Below the pieces are notes generated by a model. The model saw nothing but the letters and a program-made list of their open reading frames with translations. It was not told the DNA's origin and made no database searches. From contig NEEC01000014.1 in the NCBI GenBank assembly GCA_002189035.1, forward strand, positions 1,984,001 to 2,048,000: a stretch of 64,000 bases of DNA, read 5' to 3'. Position numbers and translations under genes: made by a program. This document shows, piece by piece, positions 36,494 to 51,500 of the stretch. This DNA comes from Utricularia gibba. Lineage: Eukaryota > Plantae > Magnoliophyta. Positions within the stretch are counted from its first letter, which is position 1; the number at the start of each line of letters is the position of its first letter.

Positions 36494-39294
36494 CTATGAG
36501 CCCATTAATGTCTTCTCGGCCCAATTAGAAACAAGCTCGTTTGAGAGAAGAACTGTGAAGGAGAAATCGTGGGGAATCCAATCAATTCTCTTCCACAGCC
36601 TTCCGTTGTCAGCCACCTTCCTCCATGATGCTGAAGGCAATGCGTGGAAAATCTCTTCCGCCAAAGATGATTGAGTGTAAATCTCCGAATCCTTCACGAA
36701 ACACTCCACATTTTTCGGTACGAGAACTCTGTTTTCCTTGTGTCGCTTTACGTTCATTTGAATGTACTCTTCTTTCGCCGTTTCCAGTTGCTTCAACACT
36801 TTCTTCCCCGAGTATACTCGTATCTGAGACAACGTTGTTGAAAAAGGAACTTTTTTTTATGATGATGATGATTGATCGCGGCATACCGGTGGATCAGATT
36901 TGCATCCAGTAGAAAGGGCGAAACGGAGACGTGGCTCACTGGGTTTTATGGCATATGAATTGAGTTGAACTCCGGTTTTGAACTTTGACTTTGGAAACAG
37001 CAACAGATTCAGCCACTGCACGCATGCATTGAATGTAATACGAGAAAGGGAAGAAACAGAAACTGTTAGTTTATCGAATGTTGGTGTAATCCATTTGAAA
37101 ACCTGCGCGGGGCGTGGTGTTCTGCATCGTAGAATCGAGCTTTGGATTGTTTCTATGTCTACAGGGAGACCTCCAACGATGTATGCAGCCTGGATCAATG
37201 AAAATGTTGTGAAAAAACAGGGAAAGGGACTGAGAAGTTGAAGTTTGAGTGGAATCTTGTTACCTTTAAAACTAAATTTGTCCGCCTAATGTTTCCTCTT
37301 GGAATCCCATGAACCAGAAATGCCTGCAGATTTTTGGATCAGAGTGGAATGTGCAGCGTAATGTGAGCATGTATGAGCAGAATCTTCTTACATGCATTAC
37401 TAGTGAATTGTGAATATTGATCCAAAAGGCCATCTTCTCTTCATGCTTAAGCTTTCCGGGATCAACTTTGGCTAATCTAGATATAATTGATCTGAAATAT
37501 GTAGTGATCAGGCCTAACAGCTCATATGTATCATAGATATATCGATAGCACTACAAGATTTCAAGTACCTATAATGGTGGAGCAAGTGGTAAGTAGATTT
37601 GAGCATTTGGGAGTTTGTGAGAAGGCCTTGTATTTTAACTGCAGGGAAGAAAGACTGACGAGGTTCTTTCAATCCGTCAAATCCGAATGCGTCATGCCTT
37701 GAAAGGGGATGATCAGAGAGATGGCAATATATCAATGAGATACATTTGATCATCTCCTCAGAAAGCCAATTCGGAGTTTTATCTGTTGGACAGTCTCCCA
37801 GGGCAGCATTTGAAGTTGAATTATGCACCCTCTGCAGGCATTATTCCAAGTAAGGAAACACCCTTTTATTGACATTTATGTGAAACCACAGTTTGGAAAA
37901 CTAGAAGCAGGTACCTCAAGCATTGACAAGGGCAAGGAGTGGTAAATATCTGGAGTTTCACATGAAGGTGATGCCCGAAAAGAGGAAACCGAGTTTCTTG
38001 ATAGTGAGGAATGACTCCGGTGGATTCCGGAGTCAGTTAGCTTTTCCCCCACAAGAATGCCCGGATTTAGCTTTTCCTTGGAAGAAGGGATGCTGCATCT
38101 ACGAGTTGTGTCTTCCCCCAAATTGTTGGTTTCATCATTGTTGCCTCTTCTATCAGCCAAATCGGGCATCTTCTTCACACAACTACTACTCAGTGATTGC
38201 AGATACTTCTCCAAGCACAGGACTTCCAACTCCAGAAGGGAAACTTCCTTGATCAGATCCTCAGCAGGCTGGAGAAGAAATGGCCCACAAATTCAAAAGG
38301 GAAGGAACACAAGGTTTCATCAGTTTTCAGCGATCAAAAATTGAGATTAAGGTAAAAAATAACCTTAGAAAGTGATTTATAAGCAGGTTCATCAAACAGA
38401 GGCTGGAAACTCAGAGCTTTCTCCAATGCAGCCCTAATGGCTTTCTGGGCATCCAATTCTTTCTGAAGCTGGAGAATCTACAGAAGCAGCATTTCAAATT
38501 TTCATCCTTAAAATGACACTCTCTCTTCTCTTAAAACAAAAAATTACCTCTTTTTTCAACAGGTCCTGCGTTTGTCCTGGGGATAATCTTCTTCTTCTGG
38601 TGTCCAAACTACTGGAATACCCCATGACAGCTCCGAGGAATACAGTTGCAGAGATGTTTCACTAGCAGACGGAGGGAAGAAGAATGGAGGAAGGAAGTGT
38701 AAAGCGAACCCGACAAGAAAGAGCCAAACACTTAGAAACAGAAATGAAGAAAATGCATCTCATCCCATGAAAAGTTCCACCGCTGTAAGAGGAGACGCAC
38801 TCACCGCAAACCCCACCCACCAGCACTAGCCTGCCCACAGACAGCTTCACATCCAAATTAAGGGAATATTGAGATGCAGCCGAAATGCGGAAATGTCAAA
38901 TAATCCAGGAGTTATATAGGGCAAGGACATCCTCCAGATCTATGCACTGAAAGGAAGTCAAACCAAGAAAAGTCAAGGTACGGACATCGTTTTTTTTTTT
39001 TGCTAAATAACGAGTATCATGGAGTTGCCATATTTAAGTACATTTTACCGTCCAAAATCATTTGTTTATGATATCCCAAAAAATACTCCGCAGGGAATCT
39101 TGACCTTTTGAGGGGATACGAATTTCCTTTTCTGTGGCAGGGAAGATCCGAGAATAGTGATGGGTCTTATGAATTCAGAAGGTCGGAATACCTCCCCTTT
39201 TTGACTTGTGAAGAAGGGTTGCCATCTTGAAGTTGGTTTCATCCCCAATTGACCCGTCACGCATAAAAAGAAGCGACTTTGGCCTCATCCTCAT
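36494..39294 (-). CDS. Lzipper-MIP1 + DUF547 domain protein, multi-exon; start codon uncertain
   Basis: ILQLQKELDAQKAIRAALEKAL, PAEDLIKEVSLLELEVLCLEKYL, PNWLSEEMIKCI, EEKMAFWINIHNSLVMH, AAYIVGG, EPRLRFAL, KRIDWIPHDFSF. Confidence 0.82.
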
Positions 39295-39793
39295 TTGAAG
39301 CCGAAACCCATGAGTTCGATTCAGGTGAAAAAAGGCAAGGTATTCCGACCTATTTGACTTGGGTCGGGTCGAATCATTTGGATGTCTGTTCCATGATGTT
39401 GTAGTCATAGTCGAATGCAAAATGGGGGCAGGCATCATTAGTGGATCATTGGCTTATTGTTCATGTTCCTGTGGTTTTTTTTTCTTTTGAAAAAGCTAGG
39501 GTTTGAAAAATTAACCAGCTTTTTCCAGTGCCAGTGCACCACATGGGTAAGGGTAAAAGGCTCCATCAGTTCATTTTTGTGGGCTTGGCCTTTGTCTGTG
39601 GGTCACAGGCACAGCAGCTCACTGGAAAAGGGGGAGAGTCATGATGATGATCAACAACATCACAGTGGACACGAAAATGTTCACTGTCAAATGGTGAAAA
39701 AGTTGCTGCCTCATTGGGAATTACTCATAATGTATCCAAGGATGACTTACTTTCAACAAATGTACGCTAACTACACACTTTGCACAAAATAAA

Positions 39794-39841
39794 TACACCT
39801 AAACAGGAGGCTGTGTATACACCTAAGCAAGAGGCTGTCTG
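39794..39841. repeat. Imperfect 24-bp tandem duplication
   Basis: TACACCTAAACAGGAGGCTGTGTA followed by TACACCTAAGCAAGAGGCTGTCTG. Confidence 0.7.
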
Positions 39842-40328
39842 AAACTGACAACAACGACACACTAAACCATGACAGCAGATAGGCTTGACAAGGACTGGTG
39901 CGCAGGTAAATGAAGCAAAAAGCAGGAACCGGCCAAAAGTTTTGACCAACTCATGCGGCATTTCAGAAAGAGAAAAGGGAACCAGAAGAACCGACGGTGA
40001 AGTTTCGGCCTAGAAAGTCAAAGGGAGTTAAGCGCAGAAAGGGATCATGACTGCTGCTGCAACAGCAGCATCTGCATGCAGTTTCCTGTCTCAAAAGTTC
40101 ATAATGGTACCTGAGGAAAAATAGGACCAAAAGAGAAGATGAAATCTGAGGATTTTTATGGTTCTTATGTTTAATGTTCTGTGACAAGTGGATTTCATGA
40201 TACTTCTAATGCGAGGTTATAATTAGAATCGGAAGCAGAAAACTGAACGATACATGGGAACCGAGCGAGGAGACGGGTTACAGTTTCCCAGTCCCTTGAA
40301 GAAATGTGACTTGACTTCTTTGGTCAGA

Positions 40329-41685
40329 TCACATTTCACCGAGTTCACTTCGGAGAAGATAGTTTTCATCATCTAGTTCGTCGTGGAGAAGCCTTAGAGA
40401 TGGCACACCAACATCTTCATGGCATCCCATGTCAGCTGATGATGATGACCTTTTTCCCTGCAAGATAATCGTCAATCATCTAGGAGTCAATGGAAATGGA
40501 TACCGGTAAGCTTATAGAGCAGAAATAGTTTAACCTTCTTCAAAGCGTATACAAAATAATGGAACCCGTCTCCAAATGTGCTCCATTCAACAGACCATGT
40601 AAATGTTGGAGCATTGAAGAAACGTCGCCTGAAATGCGGCTGCATAATGTAAAGCATGGATTAAGCATCTTTGTACCAAAACGAGAAGGTGGGGCAGTGA
40701 TTTCTATCTCCTCACCTGGCCAAAGGTGATGGAGATGAAGACACCATGGGGCTTCAGTACTCTGTGAACCTCTTCGAGCATTTTCATAACTTTGCTCACA
40801 GTTGCAGGCTCTGGATTCCATGGATCACCCGCATCCACAAGCAACACATCCTTTAAGATGACATACAGTATAATTGAATGACAAGCAACAGACACTTGAT
40901 GCACAGAATCTAAATCAATGTCGAAATCTACATACACCAACACCAAGAAGGACACGCAGTATTCGAGCCTTTACAAACAAGAGTCTCAAACGTTAAGATT
41001 CTAAAAGAGTTATTCCAGAGCTTGTACCATTGTTCCCTTCTCCACAATGACATCAAAAATTTCATCTTCAAAAGGCAGGTCTAACATGTCAGCTTCCAGC
41101 ACTTTAATTTCTGGTAACACAACGTAGGCAACATTGAAAACTTCGAGCTAAAAAACTGCAAGAAATTCTCACCGCGTATAGTCACACATACATAAAAAAG
41201 GATCAAAATAGACATAAAAAATGAAATTCCATCGACCTTTGTATCCCTTGCAACATAGCCGTTGCTTCATCTTCTCAACAGCAACAGAGGATAAATCAAT
41301 GCAGGTGATTTCTGTAATTCCATCTCTGTATAGCCCCTCTGACAGCTGAGAGTTCCCGCAACCCACTTCCAACACCTGTTTAAGCATAGCTATAGTTCTC
41401 ATCATACCAAACAAAACGATGGGTAAAACTCACAGAATGATTGGGCTCGATATACTGAAGCATCAGGTGCCGAAAATGGGAATAATCTTTGAACCATTCA
41501 TAATGCTCCTCCTCCGTAAACCTCTGATCCCTGAAATCCAAACATTCTCAGAACATGCAAAACAATCTTTCTCTGAACACACAAATTCGAAATGGGGATG
41601 CATCGAATTACCAGTAACTAATATCCAGGTAATCTGAAGCACTAGAAGGAGCAAAACCATGTTTGGCTGTGCCGGATTCATCCAT
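40329..41685 (-). CDS. SAM-dependent methyltransferase, EEF1A lysine methyltransferase 4-like, multi-exon
   Basis: YLDISYW|DQRFTEEEHYEWFKDY, motif I VLEVGCGNSQLS, DVIVEKGTM|DVL, VHRVLKPHGVFISITFGQ|PRFRR; stop at 40329-40331. Confidence 0.87.
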
Positions 41686-42522
41686 GACCAAACAATTTAG
41701 GGTTTCCTTCCTGAGCAATGTCCTATTCGATAATCGTCCAGTCAGGTTATTTTGGGGATGGGCCTAAATACGTAATGAGCCTCACAACCAACTTCACAGC
41801 CCAAATTGTCCATTTTTATTTGATTCTAGTTTCTAAATTTAGATATTCAATTTTCATATCTCACATTTTTTTGAATAAATTGTATATAATTATACTTTCT
41901 ATTTATATATAATTAACGTTCTTTTGGTGTTTTGTGTGTTTGTCGACGTTTACGATTTTAAAACAAAGTGAAAAAAAAAAAGAAATTAAAGCATTTGGGT
42001 AGTTCGAGAATATGCTAAAAATAGCTCCAGAGAACGTGGATGAATTTCAAGCAAGTTATCGAAGTGGGTTCCGAAGTACCGCGATTTTTCGCATTCTCGT
42101 GTGAAACAAAGTACAGTTCTCCACTGTCGCTGTGCGTCTTACCAATCCCGCGAAGTTAGGCGCGCCAATTTATGTGGGTTCTGCGAATTTCCGGGCGCAG
42201 CGAAGCCGAACACATGAGCTTGCTGCACGTCGGTTTGCTTTTTCTGGTTGGTGACGACTGATTGCGTTCAGTAATATGGCTTTCTGGAATCATGTCATTT
42301 TTTCTGATTGAAGAAGATCGGCTTCAGTAGTTTGGTAACTCAGTTCTTCATTCGTGTTTGAATCTGCTACGCAATGAAGTGTTTTGGTTTTACTAACCCG
42401 TCTTTTTTTTTTTCGAAGTTTCTCTTTCCGTGCGTTTCTTGTGACAGTTAACTGGGAAGGTGTTCGTATGTGGCACTTAAGGCTCAAGTTTGGATTTTGA
42501 CGGAGCTGGAGCCAGATTACGA

Positions 42523-45500
42523 ATGTGGACAAATATTTTCAAAATTGTAGGTCGCGAGCGATATGTTTTGGTGCATCCAGCATATTTTGTTGTTCTTGCT
42601 TCCATTTTTTTTTTTATGTTGCCGTACTTTACTCTGAATAGATATGAGGTTTGCTGAAGGATTGGCCTGATTTCTCTGTTTTTTTTTTTTTTGAAAAAAC
42701 GTTATTGATTAGTGTTGTTCATACATTTTATAGCCGTTACGTGCGTATTAGCAGAAATCAAAATAGGTCGTCGTGATTTCTTTGTTCTTGTTTGTAAAGT
42801 GATGCAGTATTTGCCCTTTTTTTTCTTGTTCTTGCTGATAAATATTCTCATTTTTTTTAACTAATTCCGCTTCAACAGAGTGGCTTGCATCAGATATCGT
42901 GGTTCCAGTTTCTTCCTCAAGAATTCGATTTTAATGTGCTGGCCGATAAAAGGTTGGTACTCAGCCACCTGAAATTTAGGAAAATTTGAGCAGACAATGT
43001 GACAAGATAATCAAACTAGAAAAATCTTTACCTTTAGTTGATTATTCTTTATGACGGTTTGAAATTATAGATAACTAATGTGGTGCACAATGAGGATAAC
43101 TAAGCATCCAATTTCCTTTCATTTAGTAACCAGGTGCTATTTAACCTGGGTAGTAAGTGGATGTGGATTTTCTTATTGCTTATCTTGGTTTTGGATTTAT
43201 GATATTCTTCTGGCATTATATCATGAAGCCACAAATTGGACCAGAAAGATGCAGCAATGGTGTCAGTGCTTTCAGCGCATCTGCAGCTGCAGAAGGAGGG
43301 TTTTTTGAGCTCATGGACGAACTATTTCGTGGGACCTTGGGACCCTTCTCAGGGTTTGCACAACCCTGGTACGGGTTATTTTAGCATATTGCATGACGTA
43401 TTTTAGCCTGATGTCTCTCAAGAATTTTACCTGTCATTTATGCAGACGAAAAGATTAAGCTGTGGCTTTTTCTCCCTGGACAGCACTCATCTGTTGTTGA
43501 AAAGGCACAGGTTGCTGTTGCTAAGTTGAGAGGTTTGTCTACATCGTGAATTGTTTATCAGATCTTTTTATGTGCCTAAATTCGATGGTTCACCTAAGTT
43601 GTACAATTTTTTGTGGAAGTTCTGGCATCTGGAATTTGGGTTTCACCTGGTGATTCTGAAGAATTTGCTTTTGCCCTTTCTCAGGCATTAAGGAACTGTA
43701 TTGAAAGGTAGAAGAATATATTTTTTCTTGCATTCTTAGGGATGCGTATGTTACCTCTGCTTTTTCCAATTTATTTGACAGACCTTTAAGGGGACTTTCA
43801 TATGTGCGATTTGGGGATGCATTCTCAAAGTACCATCCACTTATGCAGAATGAAGAACCATTCAGGTTGGCTTTTGATGATCATGATGGAAATTGTTAGG
43901 TTTGAGGAGCCATTATTAGATCTCCTAGTGCTTTGTGTGGTTCATTTGATTCTTTGTATTCCAAATATTCCAACATTAGGGATGTTCCTGTGCCCGTTAT
44001 GCAACGCCTCTATTTTTTGGAGCACTCTCTGGGATAGTTCTTCTTTTAGGATATCCAATTGAAGTTCTATCATTACTATGCAGGAGGGGTGAGCCTGTCG
44101 CTGAGTTCATTTTTGCTGCAACGGAGGAAGCAATCTTTGTGCATGTCGTAGTGTCAGCTAAGTTAATAGCCTTTATTTATTTCATCTTTTATTCTGCTCT
44201 AGAACATTAGTTATAAAAGCATGGTGTTAACTTTCCTAAATGTTTGTCATGTGCTTTTTCTTATTTCAAGGAATGTTCGAGCTCTTTCAAGCTCTGATAT
44301 CGAACCATTTTTCAGTAGTTCCACAAGGCATTCCAATGAACGAATTTCAGGTTTCTTTTCTCGTGCCCTTTTTATGTGTTTAAGACATTGAACTGTCATG
44401 AGAGTAAATAATTGGCTATAGTTCTCTAGTGTTTCATAAGATTTGTGATGATGATGTGAGGAATGTCCATCAGTTATTGTTTATATTTAATTTTGGATTC
44501 ATTAATTTGGCATTATTTTTGTTGTTTTTCAGTTGTTGTGTCACCCCATGGTATGCTGGGGAAGCTCACAGGGTATTGCCCTGACGATCTAGTAAAGCAG
44601 GTTTACCTTGGGTATGTGGATCTGCTTTCTAGAATCATGCATTATTGCATATTATATATTGTGTTCAACTTCTTATGTTTTGAGCAGATCAGGGAAGGTT
44701 AGAGATTCAAGTGAACTTGTAGGTCTTTCCCACAATGTTTCTCAAGGTTCTGGAGTTTCTGGTCAACCACGGGGACAAAATTGCTTTGTTGAAGTGACAT
44801 TAGGCAGTGGCAGGGCCATGCAAAAAAGTGCAAATGTACATAGTACTACACCCGACAAGTTTCTAGTTTATGAAAAGCATTTTGTATATCCAAGTGAAGC
44901 TGTGCTTGTTCCTCTCATGCGAATATGCTTTGCGAGGTCATCTCTGAAAAGGTAATTATTTGATGAATTACATAGGTTTTTTAAATGCCCAATATTTCAT
45001 TCCCATTATGAGCATTCATGTCATTGGAATGGGACCTCAGCAAGCATGCTCAGTGCAGGCAATTAGTATTTGAATACCCTATGAATATCAATAGGTAGAA
45101 CGTCATCAACTTTCTCTTGGAGCTCTGAATGATATGCTCAGTTACGATGCCTCTGTTTTCATTTTTCTCACATCTTATTTGATCTGTATTTTCACTGTTC
45201 AATGATTCGTGGTGAAATGTGTAACTAGTTTATTTGTACTGAAATCATGAAATTGAAGAAGTTTGAATGTAAATTATGTGCTATGAAGAATGTGGATTAT
45301 TTGTAAACTTGCAGTCTCAATCGCATTTTGAAGGCGACTTTGTTCCCATGGTGCCCCCCGCACCCCAATGTGCTGTTGAAAGTGACCTCTTTTTCAATTT
45401 TTCAGATTCTGGCTACAGAATTGGGTTGGTCCATCATTGTCAGGTTCAGCACTTTATGTTAACAGGTTAGCCTACAGATTTCACCTTTAAAATTCCATTT

Positions 45501-48500
45501 ATTTATTAAATGCATCCTGTTCTTCACTTTGCTTAGTGATCTTCACAGTGATGACAGAGTTGCTTCGAGGGCTGGATCATCTCTTGGCCGAAATGAAACT
45601 CGCTCTGGATATGGGTATCACAGTAGCAGTAACAGCAACAGTAGTAGCAACTGCAGCATCAGTAGTTCATCTGCTGATGGTGATCATAAGAACATGGAAG
45701 GTGGTGATCTAGAGGCAGATGCAGACTCGTTAATGACCAGACAGTCGGCATTGTCTTCATTGGATCCAGTACCGAGTGATGGCCCTCAATTGGTATGTTT
45801 TAACATTTCCCCTTTGTGTTCTTCGTTTCCTACATACTCATTTCATTGTCTGCACAATGAATGACTCGTTTCAATTGATACGTGTGACCTTAATAGGGAA
45901 CTGTTGCGTATTGCCATTTAGTGATTGAATTTTGCCATGCTTAGTAGTGAGCTCTTATGGTGTGAACTATGTACACATTACCTTATTTATTTAATTCTTG
46001 TTCGCAAACTTGTTGTCATCATTTTTGTTTTACGGAATCAATTTCAAAATTTGAAATTTTTACCATTGTCTCAGTCTTCTTAAATTTCACATATTTTGTA
46101 TTTCGGCCTCCTAGACGCCATCGCCATGTTTGGTATGCTTCCATAGGTTATTGTAACCATCCTCAGCATTTCATCCAGATTATGTTTCAAAATACGGGAC
46201 TCTGGTCTTGGGTGCATGCTAAATGAGTTTTGAGTTATTTCTCAAAATTTGTTTGGGGATGCTATGTCATGTGCTTTCTGCTGGACGGATCAATTCCCAT
46301 ATGATGCCTGCTGGTGCTGGTTTTATTTTAGATGACTTTGGTTGTGTTCATTGGAAGAATGCCTTCTCTATTTCCGTTTCAGGGCTCCAAAAGGCCACGA
46401 GCAGGAACCTCAGAGTCATGCGGTCAAGGCACTGTTATAAATCCTGCAATAAATGATTATGGTACTGGAGAGGTCAATAACATGGGCGACTCTGGTTCTG
46501 CAAACGAACAAACTGTTAATCAGTGGGGGTGGGATGATGATGATAAGGGCATGGGGATGGACATCCAAGAGTTGTTGTCTGAATTTGGTGATTTTGGAGA
46601 TTTTTTTGAGGATGACGCTTTACCGTTTGGTGAGGTAATCCATTACATAAAGTAAAACTAGTAACAACTAGAGGTTTGGAAAAATAATCGGTTGCTTTTT
46701 TCTCTTCTTTTTGTATCACTTCCCTTGGTTTTTTCCATTTAAATACTGTGATGAAATACTTGTTCCCATTTTATAACATCTCAAATATTTTGAACCTTCT
46801 ATAATTTTTTTTGTAAATGAGACTTTTTCTGCAGCCTCCTTCAAGTGAACAATCTCAAGCTCCCATGTTTCATGTACCTGAGGGCGTAGAGGTAGCAAAG
46901 AGTCCCAGCAGCTCTATGATGGATGTATCAGACCAGATGCTTTTACCTTCAGGTATTTCATCTTTTGATAACCCCAACCAACTACAGACCCCTGCAACAT
47001 TTGAAGATTTTCCTAGCAAAATCAATGAAGCCACTAAGAGTTCTTCTGGTAAAACTGTCAAAGAGCTTCCATTTTACAATGTTGAGTTTGATCATGTGGT
47101 CAAGGCTGAAGCAGAAATGACATTTGCTCCTAATTACGGGGCTGTTGAAGCCCCTGGTGGTGATAGTTCTTCAGTTATATTCCAGAGCCCATATACCCCA
47201 AAAGATTACAAAATGGACTGCGTTTCTAGCTCAAATGGTTACGTGTATTCTGCAACACCTCCATCTTCTCCTGTATTTACTGGGTGTGAGAATAAATCTG
47301 TCTTGCCTGCAAGTATGAAAGCATGGAAAGAAAGGAGCAACAAGGCTGCATTAAAATCGAGCAAGTACTACACACATGTTGACAAGGGGAAACAACCAAA
47401 TGTTGCAAGTCAGAATTATTTGTCTGGATGTGAAATCACAGCGGCCCCATCTCAGTTTTCTAGTTTTGGAAAACAGGATGCGAAATCTCTCCCAAATAAG
47501 AGTAGTGAAGGTTCCCTGGGAGGAGACAACATCCTAACATCTTTAACGAATGGAGTTGCTTCACAAATTGAATGCCTTGTGTGCCAGGCTTCGATGTGTA
47601 GGCTCCGACATACACTCATGCCTTCCAGAAACCTGTTGCCCTCCAATGGGAGTGGATTGTCTGTAAATAGCAATACAAATCAGTCTCAAGCGGATATGGA
47701 TAACATTTCTGGGAAATTTGAGTTGAAAAAGAAAGAAATGATTCCCGGCAGGATTGCAGGTGATACTGATACAAGGATGCTTGATGGGCCTTTGAATGCA
47801 GCAGTTGGTGTCTGGAGATCTGTAGGAATTCCCAAAATCAATAAAACAAGTAGCCTAACCATGGAGGGTGCACCCCTTCCCCTAAACTCATTCATTGAAG
47901 AGAGCATGCTCCCTTACGGACAGCAACAACCACTCCAGGAGCTTCTTGATGGCATTGTATTACTTGCACAGCAAGCTACTTCATTTGTTGACCTAGCCCT
48001 GGATGCTGATTGCGGTGATGGTCCTTTTGGTTTGCTTGCACTTGAAGAGCAGTCAAGGCGTGGGCTTTCCTGTGGACCTTCGATGGCACATGCTGGTTGC
48101 GGTGGCCTTTTAGCTTCCTGTCATTCCCTGGATATTGCCGGCATTGAGCTTGCCGATCCACTCTCAGTTGATGTAAGGCTTTGTGTGACAAAACCTTTGT
48201 TCCCTATAAATGATCAGCAAAATAATGTAGTTTGCGATACCACTCTTAATGTTCAGAAAATACTTTATCTGCAAAACTGAATGGATAAAAATGCAGAAAG
48301 TCATGGATTTTGTGATTTTGATGTTGGTTTATGTGAATTCCACAGCAGTTCTTAGAATAATATTTGGTAAATCTATTTTTAATATCAGGTACAGGCATCA
48401 ATGACTATTAGTTTGCTTCAGTCAGACATAAAGGCCGCACTAAAATCTGCATTTAGCAGTGTGGAAGGACCTCTATCTGTTGCTGATTGGTTTAGGGGGC

Positions 48501-51500
48501 GTAGCCTGTCCAATGAAGCTGGTGTGAGTTGTGAGGGTCTCTCTTTGGAGTCAACCGCTAGTGCAAGTGAATGTCGAGATTCCTCTGTTACTGGAAATCA
48601 GTCAGCCGGGGAACCTAGGAGCCCTTCTTTGTCCTCTGCTAGTGGAGCACCTTGCAGTAGAGGTATATTATGTTTTCAGTTGCATGATTTGTTGCCATAT
48701 GTTACAGTTTGTTTAAAATGAACTCGTTGCAGCAGATGGAATCAGAGGCGATGAACCAATTACTCCTACAGTTGAATTCGATCAGCAAAAATGCTCATGG
48801 TTTCGACCCACACTTACTGTAGTTCCATTTCCCTCAATTCTTGTTGGGTATGTAGCATATTACATTTACTCAACTGCATGGAAAAACTATTATGCGATTT
48901 CGTTTGAGTTGATATTTGTGAATGTCATGGTAGTGAAGTTTACTCTTTCCTGTTTAACCTGGATAAAGTAGAAGAAGTGCATTAGGTCATAGGCTATTTA
49001 CATTTTTGTACATTGCAGAGCAAATATTATGTGCTGAATAGTGTTTGCTAATTTTCCATACTCACAATGTTGGAACTTATTCCATTAGAATGGCTTGCTC
49101 AGTTTGTGATTTCTCTTCTTGTTCTTGACCATCTTTTGTTGTTGCTGTGGCTGACCTGGAGGTTTCACTAATTTTCCCCTCAAACTATGCATATGGGTGT
49201 TGAGACACAACAGCCAGAAATTACGCTTTTTTTTACTTTTTGTGTTTAGAAATAGAGTGTGCATTTGACTCATTCGCTGGTGTAGGTACAAAGATGATTG
49301 GCTTAAAACAGCATCCAGCTCCCTGCAAATCTGGGAAAAGGCTCCACTTGAACCATATGCCACACAGAAACATGTAAGAATTGTTTCACTTAGAGTACCA
49401 ATTGAAGTGGGGGGTTTCTTCAAACAACAAAGGGCTGGGTCAACTATTCAATCAAATGATTATTCACATGCTTTACGCTCTAGTTTCACAAGATAAGCAC
49501 CAATGGTGAGATCCAAACATGTAAGAATTGTTTCACTAAGGCTCTCCATAATCAACTACCTTAGTAATGGGTTGACTATTCACATCTGTTTTCGGTCTTG
49601 AGAGGTTGCATCTACTTTTTACTTTACCTTTGGTGCGCTGACAAAAATATGGTTTATGCTTTTTTGATAGATGAGCTACTACGTTGTTTGCCCTAATATA
49701 GATCCACTCATAACGGCTGCAGAAGATTTTTTCCTGCAACTTGGAACTGGTTAGTGTTCGTGATTTATACTGTTTCTTTGATTGCTCTGTTGATTTTGGA
49801 GGCATTGAATAGCATAGGTCAAAGGTATTCCTTGCATTTGCTATTATCTTTTAGAATGATGGCAATAATGTTGTACTTACACGGGCTTGTGCTTCATCTC
49901 TCTGTCAGTATATGAAACCTGCAAGTTGGGAACGCATGCACCTCAAAACCCTGGAAATGAGATGGAGGTAGATTCTGGAAAAACATCTTCTCCTGGTTTT
50001 GTCCTCCTGGACTGCCCACAATCAATGAAAATAGATACCAATAATGCGTCTATGCTGGGATTGATCAGTGATTATTTTCTTTGCCTATCAAATGGCTGGG
50101 ATTTGACTAGCTATCTGAAAACTCTTACTAAAGCTCTTAAAACCTTGAAATTTGGTTCATCCATGACCCAAGGCGCCAAGGAAGAAAACGGTGGACCATG
50201 CACTGTAAGTGTGTCAACATGTACACAATGAATTTGATGTTTTTCATTAGGTTTTTCTTGGAAAATTAAAGCGTGTCTTGATTCCACCAATGATGCATTG
50301 TGTGTAAACAGGTAATTTATGTGGTTTGCCCATTCCCAGAGCCTCTCGCAATTCTGCAGACTGTTGTTGAGTCTTCTGTTGCTATTGGGTCAGCCATTCG
50401 CTCCTCAAGCAGAGAAAAGAGATCCATGGCACACAATCAAGTTGCAAAAGCCTTGAGTTACTCAGTAGCTGCGGATGAATCATTTTCTAACGTTGTATCT
50501 CTCACTGGGTTTTGCATCCCGAAGCTGGTTTTGCAGATCGTGACAGTTGATGCTGTATTTAGGGTAACTAGTCCAAGGCTGAATGAGCTTGTGGTTCTGA
50601 AGGAAATTGCTTTCACTGTGTACAATAAAGCGCGGCGAATCATGAGGGGAGCTTCCAGTGAGACAACCCCTTCACTATCTGTCCCTGGAAGGTCCAATGC
50701 AGTTTTGATGCAGATGTCTTCACCTGTATCTGGCATGTGGAAGGATATTGTTGGTTCTCGAACCGGGGGACCATCACATCAAAGAGAAAGTGAACTTGAC
50801 TCAAGCCTCAGACCGGGTGCTTGGGATAACTCTTGGCAAGTGACAAGAAACAGTGGAGTTGGAAGCGATACAAGCAGAAATGGAGATGCCTTTCAAATCG
50901 ATGACTTGCGTTGTTTATTTGAGCCCCTATACATTCTTTCAGAACCAGGTTCCTTGGAACGGGGTCAATCTCCTTTTTCTTGTGATGCAGCCGAGTCCTC
51001 AAAGATATTATCAGATGACTGTACAAGTACTAGCTTTGCACAAACTTCGGCTTCTTCGGGAGCTGGCGATAATGGACCTACTCCTCAGAATGAATCCCCA
51101 GAATCTGATGCAGCTAGCAATAGAAAATCATTCCCAAGCCTGCACTGCTGTTATGGATGGACGGAGGATTGGCGTTGGATGGTATGCATTTGGACAGATG
51201 CAAGGGGTGAGTTACTCGATTGTTATGTTTATCCTTTTGGAGGAGTGAGTAGCAGGCAAGACACAAAGGGCCTGCAGTCCCTTTTCATCCAAATATTGCA
51301 ACAGGGAAGCCACATTCTTCAGGCCTGCTCTCCTGAAGTTAAACCTAGAGAATTCGTGATTACACGGATTGGCAGCTTTTTCGAGCTCGAGTGTCAGGGT
51401 ACTCATATCAGCACTTCACTTGTTACTTTTTGCTGCATTGTTGCCTAAATTTCCTGGGCAAGCTACTTTCCTTTTCTTTTTGCATTAAGGAAACTTGGTT

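Noticed and set aside
36494-36912. ORFs at 36494-36912 as a separate small gene, and ATGATGATG at about 36859 as a C box
   Set aside because: The minus-strand ORF is the last exon of the DUF547 gene; the ATG repeat is a microsatellite inside its last intron.
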